Of a stretch of 64,000 nucleotides of DNA, positions 17,724 through 27,933 are shown piece by piece; the stretch's first letter is position 1; every line of letters starts with the position of its first letter. The DNA comes from an uncultured bacterium (GTDB lineage: Bacteria; Zhuqueibacterota; QNDG01; CAYUAG01), in NCBI GenBank assembly GCA_964515295.1, contig CAZETW010000004.1, positions 4,994-68,993 of the forward strand, written 5' to 3'. The notes beneath the pieces were generated by a model, which made no database searches, had not been told where the DNA came from, and worked only from the letters and a program-made list of their open reading frames with translations. The position numbers and the translations under genes are program-made.

Positions 17724-20700
17724 ATGTTAAATTTATTAATGGAAAAAATTTTTGGTAATAAACATGAAAAGGAAATTAATAAAATTCAGCCTTTAGTTGA
17801 AGAAACCAACAGTATCTATGCTACACTTCATGAACTTTCCGATGAGGAATTACAAAGCAAGACTGAGGAATTTAAGGAAGTCATTCATAATAAAGTCAAA
17901 AATATTCAGAAACAAACAGATGATTTAAAACAGGAACTGAAGAGTTCTCATGATGATCAAGAGATTGATATCGAAGAAATACGAAAACAGATCTCAGACC
18001 TGGAAGAGGAAGAAAAAGAAATCACAGAAGGAGTACTCCTGGAAATTTTACCGGAAGCTTTTGCAGTGGTTAAAGAGACGTGCCGTCGTCTTGTGGGTAA
18101 GTCCTGGAAAGTAGTGGGAGTAGAAACCAGCTGGAATATGATTCCTTTTGATGTACAGCTTATAGGAGCTATTGTTTTACATCAGGGTAAAATTGCTGAA
18201 ATGGCCACCGGAGAGGGGAAGACACTGGTTGCGACCATGCCCCTGTATCTGAATGCTCTGGTCGGAAAAGGAGCTCATCTGGTAACAGTTAATGATTACC
18301 TGGCCCAGAGAGATTGTGAATGGATGGGGAGAATATTTGAATCTTTAGGACTCAGTGTTTCTTACATTAAAAACGATATGCCAACCAGCGAGCGTAAAAA
18401 GGCATATCAGGCAGATATTACTTATGGTACAAATAATGAATTTGGTTTTGACTATCTCCGGGATAACATGGCTCGTTCTACTGAAGATATGGTACAAAGG
18501 GGGCATCATTACGCTATTATTGATGAGGTTGATTCTGTATTAATTGATGAAGCCAGAACACCGCTCATTATCTCCGGACCGGTTCCCGAATCTCATAATC
18601 AGTTTAATGAGATGAAACCTTTGGTTTCCGAGTTGGTTCGTCAGCAGATTCATCTGATAAACAGACTTGTGAAAGAGGGAAAAGAACTCCTCGAAAATCA
18701 AGAAGATGAAGGAGCGGAATATGAAGCAGGGAAGAAACTACTGAAAGCTCGGCGGGGAGCACCTAAAAATAAAAGATTAACTAAACTGCTGGGTGAGAGT
18801 GGTATACAGAGACTCATTAGAGGAGTGGAAGCAGACTATATGCGGGATAAAAAACTTCACCTTCTTGATGAGGAACTCTATTATGTGATTGATGAAAAAA
18901 ATAATACTATAGATCTTACTGATAAAGGAAGGGAAGCAATTTCTCCCAATAATCCGGAGATGTTTGTTCTTCCGGATATTGCAACTGAATTGACAGAAAT
19001 CGATGAAGATGATTCTCTTTCTTCCCAGGATAAGCAGAAAAAAAGAGAAAAGGTACAGACTGAATTCAGTAATATAAGCGAAAAATTACACAATATAAGT
19101 CAGCTGCTTAAAGCTTTTTCTTTGTTTGAAAAGGATGTTGAATATGTGGTTACTGATGATGGGAAAGTTATGATAGTGGATGAATTTACCGGACGGCTGA
19201 TGCCGGGAAGAAGATTTTCTGATGGACTGCATCAGGCACTGGAGGCAAAAGAAAATGTAAAAGTAGAGAGAGAAACTCAGACTCATGCCACGATAACGCT
19301 GCAGAATTTTTTCCGCCTTTACACCAAACTTGCAGGCATGACAGGAACAGCTGAAACAGAAGCTGATGAATTTGAAGAAATCTACAAACTAAAGGTAGTG
19401 GTTATTCCTACTAATGAACCGGTGAGAAGAGAAGATCACGAAGATATGATATTCAAGAGCAAGCGGGAAAAATTTAAAGCTATTATTCAGGAAATAGAAG
19501 ATTATCATAATGCCGGTCTGCCTGTTCTGGTAGGAACTGTTTCTGTAGAAGTCTCTGAAACACTTTCCCGGATGTTAAAACGGAAAAATATCCGTCACTC
19601 GGTGTTAAATGCAAAGCATCATGCTAAAGAAGCAGAAATAGTGACCAAAGCAGGTGAACCGGGAATGGTAACCATTGCTACCAATATGGCAGGAAGAGGA
19701 ACGGATATAAAACTCGGAGCAGGGGTAATCCGCTATACTGAAGAAGGATATGATCTGTTTGCAGAAGATATTGAAGCATTACTAAACAGAAAAGCAAAAA
19801 TACTGGTTCATGAAATACCTGATTCTTTAATTGATACATTCACTACCATTATTTCGGAAAGGAACGGCAATTTTAAGGTAGTGGAATCTGAAGATCAAAA
19901 AAGAAGTCTGATTACCGATATCGACACCTGGGGTGATCATAATGTGATATGTATTCTAAAATCTAAAGGCAATCCCAGGGATAAGAAAATCAGCAGTGAA
20001 GGAATTACTCATGTTAAAGTAAGAGATTATGCAGAAGGGGGGCTTCATATTATCGGGACTGAACGCCATGATGCGCGCCGGATTGACAGGCAGCTCCGGG
20101 GAAGAAGCGGCCGACAGGGTGATCCCGGTTCTTCACGGTTTTACTTATCACTTGAAGATGATTTAATGAGACTTTTTGCTCCAGATAAAATTATAGGAGT
20201 AATGGACAGGCTCGGACTGGAGGAAGGTGAGGTGATCACTCATTCTATGATCACAAAATCCATAGAAAGAGCTCAGAAAAGAGTGGAAATGAGAAATTTT
20301 GAGATCAGAAGACATTTGCTTGAATATGATGATGTTATGAACAAGCAAAGAGAAATAATATATCAAAGACGTAAAAGAGCTCTGGAAGGAGAAAATCTCA
20401 GGGATAATATTTATATTTTTATTGAGGATTTTATTGATGAACAGGTGGAAATTTTTACAGATAAGGATTACAGTGAGAATTGGGACTGGCAGGGTTTGAG
20501 TAATGTTTTGCTTAAATCAATACTGCTTCCCCTGCCCCTTACACAGAAAGAAAAAGAGGAAATTTCCAAGGAAGAGCTCAAAGATCGTCTTATAGATGCA
20601 GCTATTGATAATTATAAGAGAAAATGTAACAATCTCGGAGATGAAGTAATGGGGCAATTGGAGAAAATTGCCACCCTCCATACGATTGATGAAAAATGGA

Positions 20701-21101
20701 AAGAGCATTTATATGAAATGGATCAGTTAAAAGAAGGTATTAATTGGAGGGCTTATGGTCAGAAAGATCCGTTGATAGAATATAAACATGAAGGATTCAG
20801 GGCATTTAAAGAAATGCTGGAATCAATAAATGATGAAATTCTCGAAATAGTTTTCAAGGCAAATATTGAAGTTGAACATGATCTCAGAGAACAGCAGCAG
20901 AGAGCTGCATCTATAGACATGTCAACCAGGCATGCAGAAACTGTCGGTATGGGATTTGCTGGTCAATCAGAAGAACAGCAGCAGGGCGGCAATGTACGTG
21001 CAGGTAAAAAACAGCCGGTAAACGTAGGGAAAAAAGTGGGTAGAAATGACCCATGTCCCTGCGGAAGCGGTAAAAAATATAAACATTGTTGTGGAAGATA
21101 G
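17724..21101 (+). CDS. secA: Preprotein translocase ATPase SecA (long form with insertion and C-terminal zinc-binding tail)
   Basis: 1125 aa; Walker A MATGEGKT, DEAD-like IIDEVDSVLIDEARTPLIISG, C-terminal CPCGSGKKYKHCCG. Confidence 0.95.
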   Translation: MLNLLMEKIFGNKHEKEINKIQPLVEETNSIYATLHELSDEELQSKTEEFKEVIHNKVKNIQKQTDDLKQELKSSHDDQEIDIEEIRKQISDLEEEEKEITEGVLLEILPEAFAVVKETCRRLVGKSWKVVGVETSWNMIPFDVQLIGAIVLHQGKIAEMATGEGKTLVATMPLYLNALVGKGAHLVTVNDYLAQRDCEWMGRIFESLGLSVSYIKNDMPTSERKKAYQADITYGTNNEFGFDYLRDNMARSTEDMVQRGHHYAIIDEVDSVLIDEARTPLIISGPVPESHNQFNEMKPLVSELVRQQIHLINRLVKEGKELLENQEDEGAEYEAGKKLLKARRGAPKNKRLTKLLGESGIQRLIRGVEADYMRDKKLHLLDEELYYVIDEKNNTIDLTDKGREAISPNNPEMFVLPDIATELTEIDEDDSLSSQDKQKKREKVQTEFSNISEKLHNISQLLKAFSLFEKDVEYVVTDDGKVMIVDEFTGRLMPGRRFSDGLHQALEAKENVKVERETQTHATITLQNFFRLYTKLAGMTGTAETEADEFEEIYKLKVVVIPTNEPVRREDHEDMIFKSKREKFKAIIQEIEDYHNAGLPVLVGTVSVEVSETLSRMLKRKNIRHSVLNAKHHAKEAEIVTKAGEPGMVTIATNMAGRGTDIKLGAGVIRYTEEGYDLFAEDIEALLNRKAKILVHEIPDSLIDTFTTIISERNGNFKVVESEDQKRSLITDIDTWGDHNVICILKSKGNPRDKKISSEGITHVKVRDYAEGGLHIIGTERHDARRIDRQLRGRSGRQGDPGSSRFYLSLEDDLMRLFAPDKIIGVMDRLGLEEGEVITHSMITKSIERAQKRVEMRNFEIRRHLLEYDDVMNKQREIIYQRRKRALEGENLRDNIYIFIEDFIDEQVEIFTDKDYSENWDWQGLSNVLLKSILLPLPLTQKEKEEISKEELKDRLIDAAIDNYKRKCNNLGDEVMGQLEKIATLHTIDEKWKEHLYEMDQLKEGINWRAYGQKDPLIEYKHEGFRAFKEMLESINDEILEIVFKANIEVEHDLREQQQRAASIDMSTRHAETVGMGFAGQSEEQQQGGNVRAGKKQPVNVGKKVGRNDPCPCGSGKKYKHCCGR

Positions 21102-21134
21102 TGTTGAATATATTAAAGTTTAGGAGCGTAACTG

Positions 21135-23345
21135 ATGTCAAAATCGCTGGTTATTGTTGAATCTGATGCAAAATCCAAGACCATAAATAAATTTCTTGGT
21201 AATGACTATAATGTCAAGGCCTCTGTAGGTCATATTAAAAATCTTCCCAAAAATCGTCTTGGGGTGGATATAGAGAACAATTTTTCACCGGAATGGATCA
21301 CTATAAGGGGTAAAGGTAAGATACTTAGCATGCTGAAAAAGGCGGCTTCATCTTCTGACAAAGTATATATTGCAACTGATCCTGACAGAGAAGGAGAAGC
21401 AATTGCTTATCATTTACTGAATGAAATAAAAAAATTCAATACTAATATATACCGGGTTCTTTTTTATGAGATAACAGATAAAGCTGTCAAGGAAGCAATA
21501 AAGAATCCTAAAACTGTAGATCAAAGCAAGGTTGAAGCACAAAAAGCAAGACGGGTACTGGATAGATTAGTCGGGTATAAGATCAGCCCCTTTCTGTGGA
21601 AAACCATTTTCCGGGGACTCTCTGCAGGCAGAGTGCAGTCCGCAGCTCTTCGAATTATCTGTCAGAGAGAAGAAGAAATTATCAGTTTCAGACCGGAAGA
21701 GTACTGGTCTATAGAAGCTGTTTTCAAAACAAAAAGAGATGATATATTCAGGTCCAAACTTATTAAGATTGATGATAAAGAGGTGAATATTCCGGATGAA
21801 AAAACTGCCCGAAAACATACGGATGAGATAAAAAATCAGGAATTTTTTATCACCAATATCAAGAAAACTCAGGTTACCAGAAAACCCTATCCTCCTTATA
21901 CTACCAGTACTTTTCAGCAGGATGCAGCTGTTCGCTGTAAAATGAGTACAAAAAAGATAATGAGAATAGCTCAGCAGCTTTATGAAGGGATTGATTTACC
22001 CGGGGGGAGAACAGGCTTGATTACCTATATGCGAACCGACTCTACCCGGCTATCCTCTGCAGCAGTAGGAGAAACCAGAGAATTTATTGCTAATAATTAT
22101 GGAACTGAATATGTCCCTGAAAAACCTGTCTATTACAAGACCAAAAAAAATGTTCAGGATGCACATGAGGCAATTCGTCCCACATCCATAAAAAGAACTC
22201 CTCAGAGTGTAGCGGCTCATTTAACTTCAGATCAGTTGCAAATCTATACCCTTATCTGGCAGCGTTTTATTGCCTGCCAGATGCGTCCGGCAAAACTATT
22301 ACGTACAATTATAGATATTAACGGAGGACCCTATCAGTTCAGAACCACTGGGTCAATTATTAAATTTAAGGGATTTATGCAGATTTATAATATAGCCAAA
22401 GAAAAAGATTCAGACATTCATCTTCCGGAAGGATTAAAAAAACAGGAATCCCTTTTTCTGGAAAAACTAGATCCTCAGCAGCATTTCACCAAACCGCCCC
22501 CGCGATATACAGAAAGCAGTCTGGTGAAAAAATTAGACAATCTGGGTATCGGACGGCCTTCTACCTATGCTATAACCATCTCAAATCTCCTGAGCAGAAA
22601 ATATGTTAACAAAGAGAGAAGAACTCTTTTTGCTACGGAGCTGGGAATGAATGTTAATCGTATACTGGTTTCTCAGTTTCCTGATATATTTGATATAAAT
22701 TTTACAGCCTATATGGAACAGGAACTTGATCAAATTGAATCAGGAAGTAAGAATCATATAAATGTTTTAAAAGATTTTTATCAGCCCTTTTCTCAATCAC
22801 TGGAAAGAGCGTTATCCAAACAGGAGGATATAAAACAATCACTGCAGGAAAAAATTGATGAGAAATGTCCGGAATGCGGCAGAGAGCTTATTGTAAAATG
22901 GGGCAGGAATGGTAAGTTTATCGGGTGTACTGGATATCCGGAATGTACCTACACACGGCCTCTGGAAGAAGAAGAAACTAAAACTGATGAAGTGTGTGAG
23001 AAATGCGGCGCACCTATGCAAATAAAAGTGGGTAAATTCGGCAGATTTTTAGCTTGTTCAAACTATCCGGAATGTAAGTTCACCAAACCTTATTCTCTGG
23101 GAATTCCCTGTCCGGAAAGAAATTGTGAAGGTGAGATTGTGGAGCGGAAAACCAGACGGGGCAAAGTGTTTTACGGCTGCTCCAGTTATCCCAAATGCAA
23201 ATTTGCCTTATGGAATAAACCGGTTGCACAGGAATGCCCGAAATGCGGATATCCTTTATTAGAGCTCAGACATACAAAATCAAAAGGATCATTCAAGCAA
23301 TGTCCCAACTGTAAACATAGTGTTAAAAAAGAGGATAAAAGCTAA
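21135..23345 (+). CDS. topA: DNA topoisomerase I
   Basis: 736 aa; TOPRIM N-terminus (VIVESDAKSKTI, DPDREGE), active-site Tyr region, four C-terminal C4 zinc ribbons. Confidence 0.93.
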   Translation: MSKSLVIVESDAKSKTINKFLGNDYNVKASVGHIKNLPKNRLGVDIENNFSPEWITIRGKGKILSMLKKAASSSDKVYIATDPDREGEAIAYHLLNEIKKFNTNIYRVLFYEITDKAVKEAIKNPKTVDQSKVEAQKARRVLDRLVGYKISPFLWKTIFRGLSAGRVQSAALRIICQREEEIISFRPEEYWSIEAVFKTKRDDIFRSKLIKIDDKEVNIPDEKTARKHTDEIKNQEFFITNIKKTQVTRKPYPPYTTSTFQQDAAVRCKMSTKKIMRIAQQLYEGIDLPGGRTGLITYMRTDSTRLSSAAVGETREFIANNYGTEYVPEKPVYYKTKKNVQDAHEAIRPTSIKRTPQSVAAHLTSDQLQIYTLIWQRFIACQMRPAKLLRTIIDINGGPYQFRTTGSIIKFKGFMQIYNIAKEKDSDIHLPEGLKKQESLFLEKLDPQQHFTKPPPRYTESSLVKKLDNLGIGRPSTYAITISNLLSRKYVNKERRTLFATELGMNVNRILVSQFPDIFDINFTAYMEQELDQIESGSKNHINVLKDFYQPFSQSLERALSKQEDIKQSLQEKIDEKCPECGRELIVKWGRNGKFIGCTGYPECTYTRPLEEEETKTDEVCEKCGAPMQIKVGKFGRFLACSNYPECKFTKPYSLGIPCPERNCEGEIVERKTRRGKVFYGCSSYPKCKFALWNKPVAQECPKCGYPLLELRHTKSKGSFKQCPNCKHSVKKEDKS

Positions 23346-23350
23346 GATCC

Positions 23351-24268
23351 ATGAGCAAAATATATCAGTACATCAATAATTTTTTACAATATCTTTCTTC
23401 ACATAAACAATATTCACAGCACACCATAGATGCATATAAGAGAGATGTGTTACAGTTTTTTGAATTTTTTAATCTGAATGAATCAGCCAAGCACAAAAAA
23501 ATCAATCAAATAACCAAACAGGATGTCAGAGATTTTATTAGCAGTTTAATTCGTTACGGCATGAGCAAAAAAAGTGCTGAAAGAAAGATTGCTGCTTTAA
23601 AAAGTTATTTTTCTTATTTAAATAAAGAAAATGTGATCCAGAAAAATCCTGTTTCAGGTATTCCTCTACCCAAAAAGGAAAAAGTACTGCCTCAGTTTTT
23701 GCAGGAACATGAAATAAGTAAGATCTTTAACAAAATTGATACAAAAACCCCTTCGGGATTACGGGACCGGGCGATTATTGAATTTTTTTACAGCACCGGT
23801 ATACGGCTTTCTGAACTTTCCGGATTGAATATACATGATATTGATTTACATGCCGGGACAGTTCGAGTATTGGGAAAAGGAGCCAAACAAAGAATAGTAC
23901 CGATCGGGAAATGTGCATCCCGGGCAATAAGAGAATATCTTTCAAAAAAAGAAGAACTTTTTAAGGTGAGAGATGAAAAGGCAGTATTCCTGAATCGATA
24001 TGGAAATCGATTGTCTAACCGGGGCATTCAGTTACGGGTCACCAAATGGCTTACCATGGTTTCTGAAAAAAAAGGATTAAGTCCCCATATTCTCCGTCAT
24101 TCTTTTGCAACTCATTTACTTGACAGAGGAGCGGATCTGCAAGCTGTCAAAGAACTTTTAGGACACAGTAGTTTGTCAACTACCCAGCTGTATACTCATT
24201 TATCAACTTTTAGGCTGAAGAAAATATATGAACAGGCTCATCCCAGAGCAGAGAAGATAGTTAAATAA
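23351..24268 (+). CDS. Tyrosine site-specific recombinase XerC/XerD family
   Basis: 305 aa; catalytic R...HxxR...Y residues (RHSFATHLL, LGHSSLSTTQLYTHL). Confidence 0.85.
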   Translation: MSKIYQYINNFLQYLSSHKQYSQHTIDAYKRDVLQFFEFFNLNESAKHKKINQITKQDVRDFISSLIRYGMSKKSAERKIAALKSYFSYLNKENVIQKNPVSGIPLPKKEKVLPQFLQEHEISKIFNKIDTKTPSGLRDRAIIEFFYSTGIRLSELSGLNIHDIDLHAGTVRVLGKGAKQRIVPIGKCASRAIREYLSKKEELFKVRDEKAVFLNRYGNRLSNRGIQLRVTKWLTMVSEKKGLSPHILRHSFATHLLDRGADLQAVKELLGHSSLSTTQLYTHLSTFRLKKIYEQAHPRAEKIVK

Positions 24269-24300
24269 TATATGTTTAACATCAAAAAAAGGAGGCCTAT

Positions 24301-24633
24301 ATGCAAGTTAAAGTGACTGCCAGACATTTTAAATTATCAGATGAACTGAAAGAATATGCTGAAAATGAGACACTGAAATTAAAAAAATATTATGATGGTA
24401 TAATTGATGGTGAAGTAATTTTAGATTGGGAAAATAAAGATCGTATCGCAGAGATAAATCTCTCTGTAAATAATAAGATTTTGTCAGTGCATAAAAGGTC
24501 AGATGATATGACGAAATCAATAAATGCTTGCATAAATAAATTAAAGAGAAGATTAAAAAAATACAAAGACAGACGTCATAATTTTGAACATGAAAAAGTA
24601 AACATTCATTTAGAAAATGAGGTGGATAAATAA
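24301..24633 (+). CDS. hpf: Ribosome hibernation promoting factor (HPF/RaiA, short form)
   Basis: 110 aa; MQVKVTARHFKLSDELKEYAE typical sigma54-modulation/YfiA fold. Confidence 0.85.
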   Translation: MQVKVTARHFKLSDELKEYAENETLKLKKYYDGIIDGEVILDWENKDRIAEINLSVNNKILSVHKRSDDMTKSINACINKLKRRLKKYKDRRHNFEHEKVNIHLENEVDK

Positions 24634-24683
24634 ATAAATCCAAACTGACAGTTAAAAAATTACTGGAAGAAACAAAACAATTA

Positions 24684-25607
24684 TTGCATTTTAAACTATT
24701 AACTCAGGATGCAGATCTGGAACGGATCATTACTGAAGAATATCTTCACCGGCCCGGAATTGCTTTAACAGGTTTTGTAGACATCTTCACCTATAAGCGA
24801 ATACAAATTTTTGGTAATACTGAACTGGCTTATCTGAAAAGCCTGGATATAAATCAAAGGAAGAAGATATTAAAAAAAATATTTTCTTTTGATATTCCCT
24901 GTGCTATAGTGACCAATGAAAAGAAAACTGTTCCGGAATTAATCCAGCTGGCAAACAGCAGGACAATACCTGTATTAAGTACGGCTCTATCTACTATTCA
25001 GATTTTTGATAACCTTGGATATTATCTGGAAGAAAAATTCGCTCCTGTCACTACTGTGCACGGATGTCTGGTTGATATATACGGAATTGGTATCTTGATA
25101 ACAGGAAGAAGCGGGATTGGAAAGAGTGAACTTGCTCTGGATCTGGTCACCAGGGGACATCGGTTTATATGTGATGATGTGGTGACTATTACCCGAATGT
25201 CAGGTAATATTTTATTAGGGAGAGGTAATGAGAAATTAAAGTACAATATGGAGATCAGGGGACTGGGCATAATCAATATACGATCGATATTTGGAATAAA
25301 AGCAATAAGAAGAAGCAAAAGAATTGAAGTAGAACTTAAACTGGTTGACTGGGAGAAATCTCAAAAATACGAACGTCTTGGAATTGATGAGGAATCCACT
25401 GAAATACTCGGATTAAAAATACCAATAATTCATCTTCCTATATTTCCAGGGAAAAGTATATCCACTATTGCAGAGGTGATCGCTTTAAATGAATTGTGCA
25501 GACTTGATGGACAGTATAATGCTCAGGAATTCAGTGATGAGATCACTCGCTATATGAAAAATGACATCGATTCTCTCAGAAAGTATATAGGCCCTGATTT
25601 TGAGTAA
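24684..25607 (+). CDS. hprK: HPr kinase/phosphorylase
   Basis: P-loop GRSGIGKSELALDLV, signature RGxGIINI; homology to HprK N-terminus continues upstream of the TTG at 24684, so the true start is probably earlier. Confidence 0.85.
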   Translation: MHFKLLTQDADLERIITEEYLHRPGIALTGFVDIFTYKRIQIFGNTELAYLKSLDINQRKKILKKIFSFDIPCAIVTNEKKTVPELIQLANSRTIPVLSTALSTIQIFDNLGYYLEEKFAPVTTVHGCLVDIYGIGILITGRSGIGKSELALDLVTRGHRFICDDVVTITRMSGNILLGRGNEKLKYNMEIRGLGIINIRSIFGIKAIRRSKRIEVELKLVDWEKSQKYERLGIDEESTEILGLKIPIIHLPIFPGKSISTIAEVIALNELCRLDGQYNAQEFSDEITRYMKNDIDSLRKYIGPDFE

Positions 25608-25622
25608 AATAAAGGAAAAAAT

Positions 25623-26483
25623 ATGTTTTCTGAAGGTAAAACAGAAATCTATATAGGTATTGTTGTATTTATAGCTATTCTTTTATTAACCTTTGGTATC
25701 ATATGGGGTAAAAGATTACCTATTTTTACTAAATATAAAGTATATAATGCTGTCTTTAATAATGCTCAGGGAGTGGAAAAAGGAGATCCGGTGATGGTTC
25801 ACGGGATCAAAAAAGGTGAGATTACAGATATAATACTTCTTAAAAATAAGGTAATGATTGAATTTCGCCTTAAAAAGGATGTGCTTGTATTTTCAGATGC
25901 TCAGGTATATTTAGAGATTGAAGAACTTATTGGAGGAAAACAGTTATCCCTTTACCCGGGCAAGAGTAATTTACCTTTAGAAGAGGATGAAACACTTATT
26001 GGTGAAAACAAGGGGGATATCAGAGTTTTCATGGCAAAAAGTATAGTGATTATGGAACAGGTTGATTCTTTATTGAGCAGAGTGAATAATATTGTCACAA
26101 AAAACAAACTCAAACATTTAATCGATAACCTGGAAGATGTTTCTTTACAGACTAAAGAATTACTGGTGGATAACAGAAAAAATATACATTCAGCTATATC
26201 AACACTTAATTTGCTGTCTAAAAAATTTCAAACTGATTCTACCCTAAATAATATAAACACTGCTCTTGATAATCTTACTAATACTGTTGTAGTATTGGAT
26301 ACAACCATTACATTATTACATCCTGTAATAGAGCGTTTAAAAAATGAAGAGAGCACCTTTGGAAAAATGACAGGTGAAAATAAACTTTATGAGCAGCTGG
26401 TGAATACTGCAAATAGTCTGGATTCACTGGTTAAGGATATTAAAAAGAATCCCCGAAAATATTTACACTTTTCCTTGTTTTAA
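25623..26483 (+). CDS. MCE/MlaD family protein
   Basis: 286 aa; N-terminal TM, MCE domain (VYNAVFNNAQGVEKGDPVMVHGIKKGEI), coiled-coil C-terminus. Confidence 0.75.
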   Translation: MFSEGKTEIYIGIVVFIAILLLTFGIIWGKRLPIFTKYKVYNAVFNNAQGVEKGDPVMVHGIKKGEITDIILLKNKVMIEFRLKKDVLVFSDAQVYLEIEELIGGKQLSLYPGKSNLPLEEDETLIGENKGDIRVFMAKSIVIMEQVDSLLSRVNNIVTKNKLKHLIDNLEDVSLQTKELLVDNRKNIHSAISTLNLLSKKFQTDSTLNNINTALDNLTNTVVVLDTTITLLHPVIERLKNEESTFGKMTGENKLYEQLVNTANSLDSLVKDIKKNPRKYLHFSLF

Positions 26484-26529
26484 TCCAGAAAATTATTGAT
26501 AATAAAAAATTATCTGGTTACATTGAATC

Positions 26530-26928
26530 ATGCTGAAAGAATTAACAGTAAAAACTTCTACAAGAACAGAACTTATTCTTGTAGACCGGAAAGTTACCGG
26601 AGCTGTAAAAGAAAGCGGAGTTTCAGAGGGTATTTGTGTTTTATGGGTGCCGCATACAACAGCTGCAGTTACCATAAATGAAAATGCAGATCCGGATGTG
26701 GTACGGGATATTCTCTATGAAACTGAGAAGATAGTCCCTTTTCAGAATGGGTATCACCACAGTGAAGGTAATTCTGCAGCTCATATTAAATCCAGTCTTT
26801 TCAATCCTTTTCTCAGTTTAATTATTAAAAATTCTGAACTTATTCTGGGAACCTGGCAGTCAATATATTTCTGTGAGTTTGACGGGCCGAGAACACGCAG
26901 GCTTCTGGTCAAGATAATGGGGGATTGA
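26530..26928 (+). CDS. yjbQ: YjbQ family protein (UPF0047; secondary thiamine-phosphate synthase-like)
   Basis: 132 aa; conserved LWVPHTTAAVTINENADPDV and HSEGNSAAHIKSSL blocks. Confidence 0.8.
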   Translation: MLKELTVKTSTRTELILVDRKVTGAVKESGVSEGICVLWVPHTTAAVTINENADPDVVRDILYETEKIVPFQNGYHHSEGNSAAHIKSSLFNPFLSLIIKNSELILGTWQSIYFCEFDGPRTRRLLVKIMGD

Positions 26929-27933
26929 GTGACTCTCTCCCGGCTTGGGGAATTTGGTATTATAGAACGTATTAAGAACGTTCAGATAAATCAGTCGTCC
27001 GATGTACACATCAGTATCGGAGATGATGCTGCGGTTTACAAAACCAATTCCCGAAAATGGTCAGTAATCACCACTGATGCCCTGGTTGAAGAAGTGCATT
27101 TTGATCTTTCCTATACTCCGGTTCATTCAATCGGATGGAAGTTAATGGCGATAAATATCAGTGATATTGCTGCCATGGGGGCAGTCCCCAGAAATGCAGT
27201 GGTATCTTTAGCCTTGACTAATAGCTGGTCCCCTGAACATGTTGATCAGTTAGTCCGGGGCATCACAGACTGCTGTAAACAGTACAGTTGTGATCTGATC
27301 GGAGGAGATACGGTCAGCTCTGTGAGTAAGGTTTTTCTTGCAGCCACAGTAACCGGAGAAGTAGAACCGACGTGTTGTATACAACGCAGCGGAGCTGAAA
27401 CCGGAGATCTTATATGTGTTACAGGAGTTCTGGGTAGAGCAAAAGCAGGGTTAGATATTCTTTCTTCATCCCGGGGGAAAAGCAGAGGTGAGGAAGCAGT
27501 TAATCATTTTTTATATCCTGAACCCAGAGTAAGAGAAGCTCGGATACTGGCAAAAGAGGTGGGTATTAATGCTATGATTGATATAAGTGATGGATTGGCT
27601 TCCGAGATACACCACATCTGTTCAAGCAGCGGAAAAGGATGTATACTATACGGAAATAAGATTCCTGCTGCAAAAGAGTTGGAGTTACTGTATAACAGAA
27701 AGAAAAAACTTTTGTTTTTCTATGCGTTGCAGAGCGGTGAGGAGTATGAACTGCTGTTTACCATATCTGAAAAAAATTTTGAAAAATTAAAGAAAAAGAA
27801 CATTTTTAAAAATAATTTTATCAGTGTAATCGGAAAAATAATTGATAAAGAGGATGGATTACAACTCCTCTACGATAATAAAAAAATATCTTTACCAACC
27901 AAGGGATGGGATCATTTTAAAGAAAATGATTAA
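26929..27933 (+). CDS. thiL: Thiamine-monophosphate kinase
   Basis: 334 aa; AIR-synthase-like fold with ISIGDDAAV and DISDGLASE motifs; GTG start abutting yjbQ stop. Confidence 0.85.
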   Translation: MTLSRLGEFGIIERIKNVQINQSSDVHISIGDDAAVYKTNSRKWSVITTDALVEEVHFDLSYTPVHSIGWKLMAINISDIAAMGAVPRNAVVSLALTNSWSPEHVDQLVRGITDCCKQYSCDLIGGDTVSSVSKVFLAATVTGEVEPTCCIQRSGAETGDLICVTGVLGRAKAGLDILSSSRGKSRGEEAVNHFLYPEPRVREARILAKEVGINAMIDISDGLASEIHHICSSSGKGCILYGNKIPAAKELELLYNRKKKLLFFYALQSGEEYELLFTISEKNFEKLKKKNIFKNNFISVIGKIIDKEDGLQLLYDNKKISLPTKGWDHFKEND

